Below are positions 25,945 to 39,612 of a stretch of DNA of 64,000 bases, one piece after another. The translations under genes and the position numbers were made by a program. The stretch covers positions 28,024,001 to 28,088,000 of the forward strand of contig NW_027266268.1 of the NCBI RefSeq assembly GCF_022045235.1, given 5' to 3'. This DNA is from Haliotis cracherodii (lineage: Eukaryota). The first letter of the stretch is position 1. Every line of letters begins with the position of its first letter. Below the pieces are notes generated by a model. That model worked only from the letters and a program-made list of their open reading frames with translations. It did no database searches and was not told where the DNA came from.

Positions 25945-26222
25945 TTTGAGACTCCTGAATCTTCTATTTCAGACTCCTGAATCTTCTATTTGAGACTCCT
26001 GAATCCTCTATTTGAGACTCCCAAATCCTCTATTTGAGACTCCTGAATCTTCTATTTGAGACCCATGAATCCTCTATTTGAGACTCCTGAATCATCTATT
26101 TGAGACTCCCGAATCTTCTGTTTGAGACCCATGAATCCTCTATTTGAGACTCTTTAATCGTCTATTTGAGACTCCCAAATCCTCTATTTGAGAGTCCAAA
26201 TCCTCTAATTCAGACTCTGAAT
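25945..26222. repeat. 22-bp minisatellite (ctatttgagactcctgaatcct)
   Basis: About 12 tandem units. Confidence 0.9.
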
Positions 26223-26678
26223 ACGATTTCTCTTTTTGTCCCAGGAAGCACGGACGGACAAGTCGTGTAAACGCGTTCGTTCACTGGAATTGAGTTATGT
26301 CCCTTAAGTGTGGAGAATCATTTGATCGTGGGTTCGAATCCTAGCTTAACCCTGATTACGACTCCAGGTTGGTCAGCACCATATCCCTGCTCGTGGATTT
26401 CACGAATGGATTTTTACTTCAAATGGGTCTTTCGTACAGTTTGTTGCCACCCCTTTGATACAAATGTTAAAAGTGTCTTTAAACCCAACTCACTCACTTA
26501 AAACTGGCCTTGGGTTAAATGCGCGTGAAGAGCATCACTTGTGTAGGGTTAATACTGGACGCGACAAACTGTGTTGATCGATGTACAGCGCACCACATAT
26601 AGGGAGTCTGCTGGACACTGCAATAACATAAAGGCGACAAAAAAACATTTCATAATCATAAGAAATGCCTGCTCCAAG

Positions 26679-26956
26679 AGACCGCGAAGATCCGGGGTAG
26701 AATAGATCTTCAGCAACCAATGCTTGCCGTAAAAAGGCGACTATGCTTGTCGTAAGACGCGACTAACGGGATCGGGTGGTCACGCTCGCTGACTTGGTTG
26801 ATGCATGTCATCGTATTCCAATTGCGTGGATCGATGCTCATGATGTCAATCCCTGGATTTTCTGGTCCTGACTCGATTATTTACAGACCGCCGTCATATA
26901 GGTAGCCATGGAATATTGCTGAGTGCGGCGTTAAACAAAAAAACAACCAAGAAAAA
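26679..26956 (+). mobile_element. SINE-like family B, full length
   Basis: TSD gcctgctccaag at 26667-26678 and 26957-26968. Confidence 0.9.
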
Positions 26957-26969
26957 GCCTGCTCCAAGC

Positions 26970-27560
26970 AGAGTCCATTGTACGATTCCGACTATATTAT
27001 TACCATGTGTTTGTTGATCACTATCGAAAAATGATGATACCAGGTGTTTGTGATAAGTTTGCAATACCCTGCCTCACTAATGGCACCAATCACAAACACA
27101 TGCGAAGGCAGGTAACCTCATCACCTGAAAAAAATCGGGAACATATGCTTACATGTCAAAACAGGGCATTGCAAAGGACTTAATTTTTGTGACTCAAATA
27201 TGGAAATGTCCACATGTATATAATGGAACTCTTGAAACGTTTTGAAAGCTTTACTGATGACTTGAATATTGTAACCCTGATCAAAGAACTTTTGAGCCCA
27301 AGTCGTATGACACTCTATGAGATCGTCGTTGATAGAGCATGTTCGAATGTTCCTCAAAGGTTGTGAAATGTAGACACCAAAGACATCGGAACTGCAGGAA
27401 TATTGCTCGACGTATAGGGAAAGTTGATAAACTACAACTTGAAGTCACTCCATTTGTCATACATTATTGTGGAGAGTTCCCTATCACTCAGAATCTTTAT
27501 GCATAGATCTAAATATGAAACAGATGAGGCGGTTTTACTGGTGTGTTTTTTATTTTTAGT
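26970..27560 (-). mobile_element. Penelope-like RT C-terminal fossil
   Basis: SNIPAVPMSLVST / FFDQGYNIQVISKAFKTF; homologous to 18450 copy. Confidence 0.65.
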
Positions 27561-27692
27561 TCAGGTGGGTAAATTATTCAGGTGGGAATTGGCTATTATT
27601 GAACGATATCAGATCATCAATGTTGAATGTACAAAAAGCGCATGACCTTAATATCGATTCTTCTGGACATTGCCAATAGTGTGGCGTGTATG

Positions 27693-27763
<71 letters not shown>

Positions 27764-28330
27764 CGTCAACGCAGAGAATGAGCAGTCTCGGATATCACCC
27801 GCACATCACATAGTATGATTCTTCTATGCAAACTATGCTGAATTAATCGAAGTTCTTACACAATTAGTTCTTCTGTTTAATATCTCTGTATAGCACTGCT
27901 GTTATCCATGTGCACGGGAACCTTCATCTCATCGATAGCCTATACCTATGTCAGTGTTGTTCAATAAAAGCCACCAAGTACATCAGGCTCGACTTCGATA
28001 CATTAGCTGGTTTGCTGCTGAAATAGGTTTGTTCCTTTACTGTTGTAACCAAGGCCTATACTCTAATTCCTCTATTTCATCTTCCTCATATGAGACCGAG
28101 CACTTAATAACGTCAAGAGAAGCCGAACAACTACATGTAGTTCTCACAACATAGGTTTGTCAGCACATCCAGTAAATTCAATGAACATTTTGTTTGTGTG
28201 GAAAACATGAGGCAAAATATTTATACCTTATTTTTTGGAACTATATATTTAAAAAAAGACAATCATCCCCCACCCCCACTCGCCACATAATAGCAAATGG
28301 TTGATCGCTAAGACATCAGTGTAAGTTCCG

Positions 28331-29319
28331 TTACTTCTTGTCTGGGGTTTCAGCTTGCGATGCATGGAAAATGCTAAGGACTTTCTTCACCAGCCACACC
28401 AGCACGAGGAAACTAAGGAACAACAGAACACTCTCTATAGTCAGAACATAGTTGTACCACAGAGGGGTAGCCTCTTGCATCAGATAGCCAATGATCTGAG
28501 GGTTGACCATTCCTCCCAGGCCAACGGATACGAAGATGACAGACATAATTTTTCCTGACAGTTGAACAAAGTCCTTCTCTATCCACGTCAGCATGGCGGG
28601 GAAACTTATCGAGATTGAAAACCCGACAGCACAAGTAGTGATCCATATGCCAACATCAGAGAGAAACATTCCAGACAGGATCATCCCCACCTGCGCCACG
28701 ATCAAGAAGATGAAGAAGAGTCCACATATCTTCATATGCGAGACGTAGCTGATGAAGAAGATGGCGGCAAGACGACCAAATGCATACGCAGCCCAGAACG
28801 TGGAGGTAATTCTTGCTCCCATGATCTTTGTCCACTTGAACTGTTTGACCACGTATGAGGCCAGGAAGGACACGGACGAGTCCTCAACTTCGTCCAAGAA
28901 GAAATAAAATATACCCAGAAGGCCAAGCGTGAGAAGTAGTAACTTCCGGGATAACTTTTTTCCTTGTCTTTTACCATCCAATGCCTTAGTAACCTCCTCA
29001 TGTCCCTCCTTTCTGGCAAAGAAGAAGACAACCAAGAAGGGAAGTGAGGACAGGATTGTCATTAACCCTGTCATCAGGAATGGCCATATGATGCTTGTTT
29101 CCAACGGCTCCTGTGGTGGTATGACCGATGAATTAAGAAGACCTCCCGTATCTGAGTTATTGGCAGCCGTTGCGTTTTGAACCACATCCCTCCCGACCGC
29201 TAGGAAGGGTTCAAGGACAAAGGGGGAGACAATTCCCCCTAGTGACCATAAGAAATGGAAGGCCTGCATGTACGGCTTGCTCTCAACTCCCCACACTCTG
29301 AGAAGCTCCACGTTACTGC
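28331..29319 (-). CDS. MFSD4B: MFS transporter (MFSD4/NaGLT1 sodium-dependent glucose transporter-like), exon 3; spliced product 462 aa
   Basis: PYMQAFHFLWSLGGIVSPF and ITSTFWAAYAFGRLAAIF motifs, multiple TM helices; ttgcag acceptor phase 1. Family-level call, orthology not established. Confidence 0.9.
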
Positions 29320-29438
29320 CTGCAAGACAATGTATTATTAAAATAGTATTTCAATAGCTCTATTTCAGATCAGTATTAATACTGCAAGGTAACTAAACTA
29401 TTGCACGAGTACGTATATGTTTGTATTCTTATGTCATC

Positions 29439-29708
29439 GGGGGCAAGGGTGGCCCACTCTTCTTAGGCACCGCGATTCGCTGTGCAGAGTTGCGTCCCTT
29501 GGGCACGCCTAAAGCTTATGATTGTGGATTCGAATCCCGCTTCGCCCCGATTATGTTTCTAAGTTTGTCAGCACCATACCCGTGCTCGTGGATTTCACCG
29601 AAGTGTTAAACGTTTGAGACCTGCATCACTTCGGGCTTTCCTCCCACATTAAGCTGACATGCCGTTATAAGTTAAACGTTAAACCAAACTCACTCACTCA
29701 CTCACTCT
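29439..29708 (+). mobile_element. tRNA-derived SINE family C
   Basis: Head with widely spaced A/B boxes, (cact)n tail. Confidence 0.85.
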
Positions 29709-30824
29709 CATGTCATCGTTACAATTGACTGGAAGCGCCAAATGGATTATTTCCTATGTCGTGCAAAATGACTTAGATTGGACACAAGATAACAAGATAT
29801 CGATAAGTATAATCGGAAGTTGCTCAGATATGAATGGTGAATAGTGAAGGTATTGTAATTCTACAAATTTTTGATTGATATGTTTGTGTATGTTTGCAAA
29901 CATTAATATTACCATCATTGATGTAAACTGAGGCGCAAAAGGAGTTATTCCGAGTGTTTTTTTTATGTAATTGAAAATTGAAAAAACTGTTGTTGTATTT
30001 GATGATGTCTATTTTACCATGACTCAGTCCTGCATTCGTCCGTGAAAATTAACCTGTGGCTGGGTACTTTTGTATAAAAATATATTGGCTCAATGAAGAC
30101 GGGGGTAAGAAATGAATTTGCAATCATATGATCCCTACAAGATTTGAAATGTGTATTTAGGCCGAAATAACAGATTATTCAGAGATAACATGTCAAAGAT
30201 ACCCACCAACAGTTGTGTATTGTGCGAAATGTTCCTCTTTTAATTTTTAAAAGTGAGAAATCAAATTATATTATAATCAATAAAACCATGTAGAAGTACT
30301 CTATGATTGCTGACTAAGCGCCAGTACAGTCTATATTTGGAATATAATATCGCTAATTTACGATATTTTCAACTGAAGTCAAACATGTCATAAAATCAAC
30401 AGATGTATAGTTAATTTTGCTCCACAGTATATATTTGTAGCCCAGACTTCTGTCTTGACACTGAGTGTAGTTTATACAGTAAATCTAAGCACTTTATTTT
30501 AGCACAGTAGCGCTATTGCTAATAAAATTATGTTAGCAACAGTCTACGTTTGAAGACATCATGGTTAAAAATCTGGTCTCTGTAATCTTCATAGAAATAA
30601 ACATTGCTCGTGCTGAATGACATTTCACGTTATCAATTCACAAAACAGTATATGCTAAAAAATATCCCTCACTTTTGCAATATGTAGTATGACATAAATT
30701 TCTAACTCAAGGCCATACTTTATTGTAAAGTAAATATATCACCATGTTTAAGGCTAGGTCCCACAGTAGGACACAACATTCATGAATTACGAAAACATAT
30801 TGCAGTATTTAAAGGAAGTGGCAA

Positions 30825-31062
30825 TCCCGTGAAAATTCCGTGTTATAATTGGACTTCAGAAACCAATGTTTTCCTCAAGAGGCGACTTATGGGATCGGGT
30901 GGTCAGGCTCGCTGACTTGGTTGATGCATGTCATCGTATCCCAATTGCGTTGATCGATGATCATGATGTCAATCACTGTGTCGTCTGGTACAGATTCGAT
31001 TATTTACAAATGGCCGTCATTTTCGCGTTATATTGCTGAGTGCGGCGTTAAACAACAAACAA
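30825..31062 (+). mobile_element. SINE-like family B
   Basis: Family match. Confidence 0.8.
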
Positions 31063-31329
31063 TATAAAAATATACGGGGACGGATATCGTGCTGACAAAC
31101 CCACTCACTCTGGAGATTGAAATAACAATCCGCGCATCCTGGCAAGGCCAGGGGATTAATCTCAGGCATATTGAACTGTGGTGGCTTACACCTTTGGTCA
31201 CTGACAGACAAGGGCAGAGGACAAACCCGTTTTGAATATCTCCAGGGAGAGCTCGCTCACTACACCACTGGTCACTGACAAATAAAAGCGACAAAGCCCT
31301 TACCATATTCAATAGAAATCTTTGCTTAA

Positions 31330-31685
31330 AGAAGAATTGATTGTACGATTCCGACTATATCATGATCATGGGTTTATGAAAAACTATCAAATAGTGATGA
31401 TACCAGGTGTTCGCGAAAAGGTCAGCGTATCCTGCCCCATCTGTGGCACCCGCCCCAAACACATGCAAAGACAAGTCAATTGTTCACCTGAAAACAACAC
31501 GGGAACACATGATACAAGTCAAATTATAAGGAATGGCATCAGACATATTTTTTGTCACTTATGCGTAAAATCTTGAAATGTTCTCAACATGTCTACAATA
31601 AAACGTTTTGAAAGATTTACTAATGCCTTGAATGTTGTAATCTCGATCAAAGACCTTTGGAGCAAGAGTCGTATGACGCTCTTTG
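31330..31685 (-). mobile_element. Penelope-like RT 3' fragment abutting the MFS exon 2 donor
   Basis: KERHTTLAPKVFDRDYNIQGISKSFKTFYCRH; homologous to other copies. Confidence 0.7.
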
Positions 31686-31698
31686 AAAGGGTACAAAC

Positions 31699-31984
31699 CT
31701 GTTTTGAATATCCCCAGGAAGAACTCGTGAGCTACAAATACAGCAATCATGAGCCAGTACGCGGAGCACAGCGGGATCACCGCCACCGTCAGTCCGTGGC
31801 CAGCCATGGAGATGAAGAGGGACATGTACTTGTTGCAGCGGTCGTAGATGGCACCCCCAGCAACAGCTCCGACCAGAGACCCGACAGCGGCGGCAGTGAA
31901 GAAGGCTGAGCCCTGCGACATGTCCGTTCCTGTGATGAGCTGCAGATCCAGAAGTGAGGGCCCTCTCTGTCCGTTGATCCAGCC
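31699..31984 (-). CDS. MFSD4B: MFS transporter (MFSD4-like), exon 2
   Basis: GPSLLDLQ family motif and GAVAGGAIYDR motif A; accag acceptor, G|gtttgt donor, 286 nt phase 0/1. Confidence 0.9.
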
Positions 31985-32123
31985 CTGGTTGAAGAACAAG
32001 AGATGTAAAGTATCTATTGTGACATTGATGTATTGGAGCGTGTAGAGGCTGAACGTACTTGACTACTGTGATAGGCGTACAGTGGAAACCCGTTTATCAA
32101 GCGGGTACCGTATCATTGAAATG

Positions 32124-32370
32124 AGGTAGAGCGTCCGCCCGGAGAGCGGAAGGTCAGGGGTTCGATCCCCGGCCGCGTCATACCAAAAAGATGTTAAAAC
32201 AGGGTACGTGTTGTTACCCTGCCTGGCGCTCGGCATTAAAGGACTGGTCGTCTCGCAGTCAGTATACTGTGTCTGAGTGGGGTATTCATGTTAAACTGTA
32301 GCATGGTATCTCAATGAGCTAGCACTATAAATCGGCATCAGTCCGGACTAGTACAATCAGCCATACATAC
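32124..32370 (+). mobile_element. SINE family D (truncated)
   Basis: Family match. Confidence 0.8.
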
Positions 32371-33156
32371 TTGACTATAGTAATAGGCGTACAGTGGAAA
32401 CACGTTAATCAAGACGGTACCGTATCATTGAAATCGTTCGAATTTTGATATTTCTGGGTCGTTGACATAGACTGATGTTCCTTTGTAGCTTGCAAAAGGT
32501 GTGCTTGTCAGTAGGAATAAACCTTGGGGGTGTTGACTGACGGGATTCATGGTATACCGAGGTGAAAGGAGTTGCCAGTTTAACCACCTCACCGCGAACT
32601 CCATCTTTCCACACCCCGAAGGTTGCCGGGAAAAATTAAGTATACACTTGGAAATTTTATTTGACCAAAAGATTACAAACATCAAAACGTTAATAGGTGA
32701 CCAAAACACGGCAAACTTCAGGTCCAAAACAAAACTATGACGACCGTATCAAATGAACCACCATCGAATAACCATTGCTTGTTTGTTTCGGTTTTAGTCA
32801 GCATCAAACATGGGTGTATTCCTTCTTTGCCCGGCATATTACATGAAATCAAGCAGTACATAGTGAACCAGCTGATTATTTACTCTTCTGATTTAAATGT
32901 CTTCCTGTCAATGGCGTGGCTCGGGTTAAATATTTCCTCACATTGCTTGTATGTTTCGAGGAACAAGATGTCATGGATGCGTTTCCTCAACCTCTTGTTC
33001 ATGGTTCGGACATCTGACTATCAAACAGTCAAACAGTCAAAGATGTCATAAGTGGCACTTTGCACGTGTGTGTGTGTGGCTGCTTGTACTAGTCCGGACT
33101 AGATATGACAGTTCCAGCGAAAAAGAATACCTCGTTCTCAAAACCGAGCAAATTAC

Positions 33157-33508
33157 AGGTGAGGTGAAATGTGGTTTAACGTCGCGTCCAAGATTATTGC
33201 ACTTATATAGCGACGTGCATGTACGTGTGTGTGCTTGTGTGGCTGCTTGTACTAGTCCGGACTGATACCGATTTATAGTGCTAGCTCACTGAGATACCAT
33301 GCCGCAGTTTAACATGAATACCCCACTCAGACACAGTATACCGACTCCGAGCCGATCAGTCTTTGTTTTAGCCCCTTAATGCCGAGCGCCAGCCAGGGTA
33401 ACAACAAGTACCATCTTTCAACGTCTGTTGGTATGACGCGGCCGGGGATCGAACCCCTGACCTTCCGCTCTCCGGGCGGACGCGCTACCACTAGACCACG
33501 GAGGCGGT
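33157..33508 (-). mobile_element. SINE family D, full length
   Basis: Family match; short partial duplicate at 33061-33100. Confidence 0.9.
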
Positions 33509-34159
33509 TTAGTGGCTGGTACCATCGGAAGGGGAGGACATAGTTACTCTTTTCACGAACACATGGTGTTCTACACTGATTTTCAGTGATCCGTTTATAT
33601 TATTGTCACAGCTATTTTGCTTTATACGCCCAATGGATTGTTTCTGCAGACAATCGAGACTGGTTATTATCTGGTGTTGACTTATAGTTATTATATAATT
33701 GATAAATATCCTTCAGACTATAGCGTTGTTGATCTGTGTATCACGCCATCTGTGGCATACAGTGCTTCAAATTACAGCACTGTGTATGAGATGTCATGTT
33801 TGAGGTATCAAATATCAACAATCTACCAGATAATTAAATGTCACCCCTGCCGTAGATCTGAGTCACAGAGACTAATTACTCTACACTGCCTACGTCGGGC
33901 TGCAGTCCATAGGCGTAGTAATTCAAGAAGTAAACTTACTTCGTGTGACAACATAACACAACCAACACTACACATGTACACATGTTTAATCTGGGAAGAA
34001 GATGTTTTCGATTACATGGCCTATATTGACAAAGCCTAAGCCGTATACATTAAAGTAAATTAAAGTACGTCAAGTATAAAAACCATATTCACAGACATGT
34101 CTTGTTTTCTACATGTAACGGTGAATGTGGTATGAACTGGCTTAGTATTTGTGTATGTT

Positions 34160-34249
34160 GACAACAACGTCATCAACAACAACAACAACAAAATTACTAC
34201 TACTACTACAACAACAACAACTACTACTACTTCTTCTACTACTACTACA

Positions 34250-34311
<62 letters not shown>

Positions 34312-34330
34312 TAATAGTACCACCACTAAC
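34160..34330. repeat. (AAC)n/(ACT)n compound microsatellite
   Basis: Direct reading. Confidence 0.95.
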
Positions 34331-35033
34331 ACGCCTTCCCACGAAGACACAACCACCTTCGCTCTTCGCTCAATCGCTTATATTTACCAGTTATAATGGG
34401 AGGTCGTGGTTTGATTAACTGGGAGGCTTTTCATGATATAATTGTGTTGTGCATTTTTGCACCCATTTATTTGTCTGATGATCCTCTCGTGAAGCATGTC
34501 AGGACTCAAGATGAAAACAAGGCATTCCACAGTTTCCTATTGCGAGCTAAGGATGTGGGACATAATCTCAATGTCGGTGTTGATTTTGTTGATGGTTCTG
34601 TTCTGCTGGACGGTACAGAAATGTGTGTCAACCAAGCGAAGTGCCATATCAAATCAGCCTAGACCCAGTTTTTCAAGGAGATGCTATCTGAACGACCATT
34701 GCATCAAGTTTATTTGCAGTGTGTTGAGAAGGTCCGACAACCCTGCAGAGTCCTTCGGTTGGATGAAGTCGTGAGGTCAGAAAAGTGAAACAGAAGGTTT
34801 TCTGTTTGCTGCTCAGGACCAGTCACTTCCCACTCTAAACCGTCAATGTGTGATTTTGCACCAAATTGTAAATATGAAATGTAGATTATACAATGCAGTT
34901 AACGAGACTGTCCAACAAATTGTCTTTAGATGCCCAGTATCTTAAGCGACATGAAAGAAGGGCTCGATCGTACCCCGCCGTGTGATGCTGTAATATTGCG
35001 AAAGGCGGCGTAAAACCATACGCACTCACTCAC

Positions 35034-38000
35034 TACAAATACATTCATAACACCTATAAATACAGTCATAACACTTACAAATACAGTCATATCACCTACA
35101 AATACGGTCATAACACTTACAAATACAGTCATAACACTTACAAATACAGTCATAACACCTACCAATACAGTCATAACACTTACAAATACAGTCATATCAC
35201 TTACAAATACAGTCATATCACCTACAAATACAGTCATAACACTTACAAATACAGTCATATCACTTACAAATACAGTCATAGTACTTACAAATACAGTCAT
35301 AACACCTACAAATACAGTCATAACACTTACAAATACACTCATAACACTTACAAATACAGTCATATCACTTACAAATACACTCATATCACCTACAAATACA
35401 GTCATATCACCTACAAATACAGTCATAACACTTACAAATACAGTCATAACACTTACAAATACAGTCATAACACCTACAAATACAGTCATATCACTTACAA
35501 ATACAGTCATATCACTTACAAATACACTCATATCACCTACAAATACAGTCATATCACCTACAAATACAGTCATAACACTTACAAATACAGTCATAACACT
35601 TACAAATACAGTCATAACACCTACCAATACAGTCATAACACCTACCAATACAGTCATATCACCTACAAATACAGTCATAACACTTACAAATACAGTCATA
35701 ACACCTACAAATACAGTCATAACACTTACAAATACAGTCATATCACCTACAAATACAGTCATAGTACTTACAAATACAGTCATATTACCTACAATTATAG
35801 TCATAACACTTACAAATACAGTCATGACACCTACAAATACAGTCATATCACCTACAAATACAGTTAAAACACCTACAAATACAGTCATAACACCTACAAA
35901 TACAGTCATATCACCTACAAATACGGTCATATCACTTACAAATACACTCATAACACTTACAAATACAGTCATATCACTTACAAATACACTCATATCACCT
36001 ACAAATACAGTCATATCACCTACAAATACAGTCATAGCACTTACAAATACAGTGATAACACTTACAAATACAGTCATATCACCAACAAATACAGTCATAA
36101 CACTTACAAATACAGTCATAACACTTACAAGTACAGTCATATCACCTACAAATACAGTCATAACACCTACAAATACAGTCATATCACCTACAAATACAGT
36201 CATAACACTTACAAATACAGTCATATTACCCACAATTATAGTCATAACACTTACAAATACATTCATAACACCTACAAATACAGTCATAACACTTACAAAT
36301 ACAGTCATAACACCTACAAATACAGTCATATCACCTACAAATACAGTCATAACACCTACAAATACAGTCATATCACCTACAAATACAGTCATAACACTTA
36401 CAAATACAGTCATATCACCTACAAATACGGTCATAACACTTACAAATACAGTCATAACACTTACAAATACAGTCATAACACCTACCAATACAGTCATAAC
36501 ACTTACAAATACAGTCATATCACCTACAAATACAGTCATATCACCTACAAATACAGTCATAACACTTACAAATACAGTCATATCACTTACAAATACAGTC
36601 ATAGTACTTACAAATACAGTCATAACACCTACAAATACAGTCATAACACTTACAAATACACTCATAACACTTACAAATACAGTCATATCACTTACAAATA
36701 CACTCATAACACTTACAAATACACTCATAACACCTACAAATACAGTCATATCACTTACAAATACAGTCATATCACTTACAAATACAGTCATATCACCTAC
36801 AAATACAGTCATATCACCTACAAATACAGTCATAACACTTACAAATACAGTCATAACACTTACAAATACAGTCATAACACCTACCAATACAGTCATAACA
36901 CCTACCAATACAGTCATAACACTTACAAATACAGTCATAACACTTACAAATACAGTCATATCACCTACAAATACAGTCATAGTACTTACAAATACAGTCA
37001 TATTACCTACAATTATAGTCATAACACTTACAAATACAGTCATGACACCTACAAATACAGTCATATCACCTACAAATACAGTCAAAACACCTACAAATAC
37101 AGTCATAACACCTACAAATACAGTCATATCACCTACAAATACGGTCATATCACTTACAAATACACTCATAACACTTACAAATACAGTCATATCACTTACA
37201 AATACACTCATATCACCTACAAATACAGTCATATCACCTACAAATACAGTCATAGCACTTACAAATACAGTCATAACACTTACAAATACAGTCATATCAC
37301 CAACAAATACAGTCATAACACTTACAAATACAGTCATAACACTTACAAATACAGTCATATCACCTACAAATACAGTCATAACACCTACAAATACAGTCAT
37401 ATCACCTACAAATACAGTCATAACACTTACAAATACAGTCATATTACCCACAATTATAGTCATAACACTTACAAATACATTCATAACACCTACAAATACA
37501 GTCATAACACTTACAAATACAGTCATAACACTTACAAATACAGTCATAACACCTACAAATACAGTCATATCACCTACAAATACAGTCATAACACCTACAA
37601 ATACAGTCATATCACCTACAAATACAGTCATAACACCTACAAATACAGTCATATCACCTACAAATACAGTCATAGCACTTACAAATATAGTCATATCACC
37701 TACAATTATGATCATAACACTTACAAATACAGTCATAACACCTACAAATACAGTCATATCACCTACAAAATACAGTCATGACACTTACAAGTACAGTCAT
37801 AACACTTACAAATACAGTCATAACACTTACAAGTACAGTCATATCACCTACAAATACAGTCATAACACTTACAAGTACAGTCATATCACCTACAAAATAC
37901 AGTCATGACACTTACAAGTACAGTCATATCACCTACAAATACAGTCATAACACTTACAAGTACAGTCATATCACCTACAAAATACAGTCATGACACTTAC

Positions 38001-38378
38001 AAGTACAGTCATAACACTTACAAATACAGTCATAACACTTACAAGTACAGTCATATCACCTACAAATACAGTCATAACACTTACAAGTACAGTCATAACA
38101 CTTACAAATACATTCATAACACCTACAAATACAGTCATAACACCTACAAATAAAGTCATATCACCTACAAATACAGTCATAACACCTACAAATACAGTCA
38201 TATCACCTACAAATACAGTCATAGCACTTACAAATATAGTCATATCACCTACAATTATGATCATAACACTTACAAATACAGTCATAACACCTACAAATAC
38301 AGTCATATCACCTACAAAATACAGTCATGACACTTACAAGTACAGTCATAACACTTACATATAAAGTCATATCACCTC
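35034..38378. repeat. 3.3-kb 21-bp satellite (acaaatacagtcataacactt), about 159 units, in MFS intron 1
   Basis: Continuous tandem array with higher-order duplications. Confidence 0.97.
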
Positions 38379-38408
38379 CAAACAGACGAGCTAGCTCATA
38401 CAACTCAC

Positions 38409-38522
38409 CGACATAAAGTTCCCAAACAACAGACATGCTGTATAGAGGAATTTCTTCCTGTAGACTGTGGACTTAAGTTTGTCTGCCCACCGCCGGGGAC
38501 TTGAAGCTACGGGTGTCTCCAT
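38409..38522 (-). CDS. MFSD4B: MFS transporter (MFSD4-like), coding exon 1
   Basis: aacATGg start; YRKKFLYTACLLFGNFMS supplies TM1; donor TCG|gtgagt phase 0 joins exon 2 in frame. Confidence 0.8.
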
Positions 38523-38699
38523 GTTCCTACTCCGGCCCTCGCTTTGCCACGGATGCACCACGGTGGGGAGAGTGACATATATGAGTGTCCCAAGGAGGCT
38601 CTCGCTGTGGGGGCTGTTCAGATGAAACAATTTGTGAGATTCTGATCAAATGACCCTTGAGAAAGAAGCCAGTTTAGAAATTGGTTGAGGGTGCCTATT

Positions 38700-39612
38700 T
38701 GGACTCATGCTTCTTGTACGAGTAGGAGCTAGTTTAGAACCCTGGCTTGTTGTAGGAGACAGTTTAGACCCATACTTGTTGTAGGAGCCAGTTTAGACCC
38801 ATGCTTCTTGTAGGAGCCAGTTTAGACCCATGCTTATTGTATAGGATTCAGTATAGACCCCATGCTTGTTGTAGGAGCCAGTTGAGAACCATCCTTGTTG
38901 TAGGAGCCAGTTTAGACCCATGCTTGTTGTAGGAGCCAGTTTAGACCCATGCTTCTTGTAGGAGCCAGTTTAGACCCATGCTTGTTGTAGGTGTCAGTGT
39001 AGACCCATGTTTATTGTATAGGATCCAGTTGAGACCCATACTTGTTGTAGGATCCAGTTTAGACCAATGCTTGTTGTATAGGATCTGGTTTAGACCCCGT
39101 GCTTGTTGTAGGAGCCAGTTGAGACCCCGTGCTTGTTGTAGGAGACAGTTGAGACCCATGCTTGTTGTAGGAGCCAGTTTTGTTGTAGGACCCAGTTGAG
39201 ACCCATGCTTGTTGCATAGGATCTGGTTTAGACCCCGTGCTTGTTGTAGGAGCCAGTTTTGTTGTAGGATCCAGTTGAGACCCATGCTTGTTGCATAGGA
39301 TCTGGTTTAGACCCCGTGATTGTTGTAGGAGCCAGTTGAGACCCATGCTTGTTGTATAGGATTTGGTTTATACCCCGTGCTTGTTGTAGGAGTCAGTTGA
39401 GACCCATGCTTGTTGTAGGAGCCAGTTGAGACCCATGCTTGTTGTAGGAGTCAGTTGAGACCCATGCTTGTTGTAGGAGCCAGTTGAGACCCATGCTTGT
39501 TGTAGGAGCCAGTTGAGACCCATGCTTGTTGTAGGAGTCAGTTTAGACCAAGGCTTGTTGTATAGGATACAGTTTGGACCCCGTGCTTGTTGTATAGGAT
39601 CGAGTTGGGACA
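38700..39612. repeat. 29-bp minisatellite (tttagacccatgcttgttgtaggagccag)
   Basis: About 30 tandem units. Confidence 0.95.

Noticed and set aside
31559-31698. C-terminal part of the 146-aa ORF as MFS coding sequence
   Set aside because: Lies past the donor and matches the Penelope-like repeat found elsewhere in the window
34060-34418. Poly-V/T/L/S ORFs
   Set aside because: Trinucleotide microsatellite
34926-38364. 943-aa and 694-aa ORFs on opposite strands
   Set aside because: Artefact of a stop-free 21-bp satellite inside an intron; no non-repeat coding content
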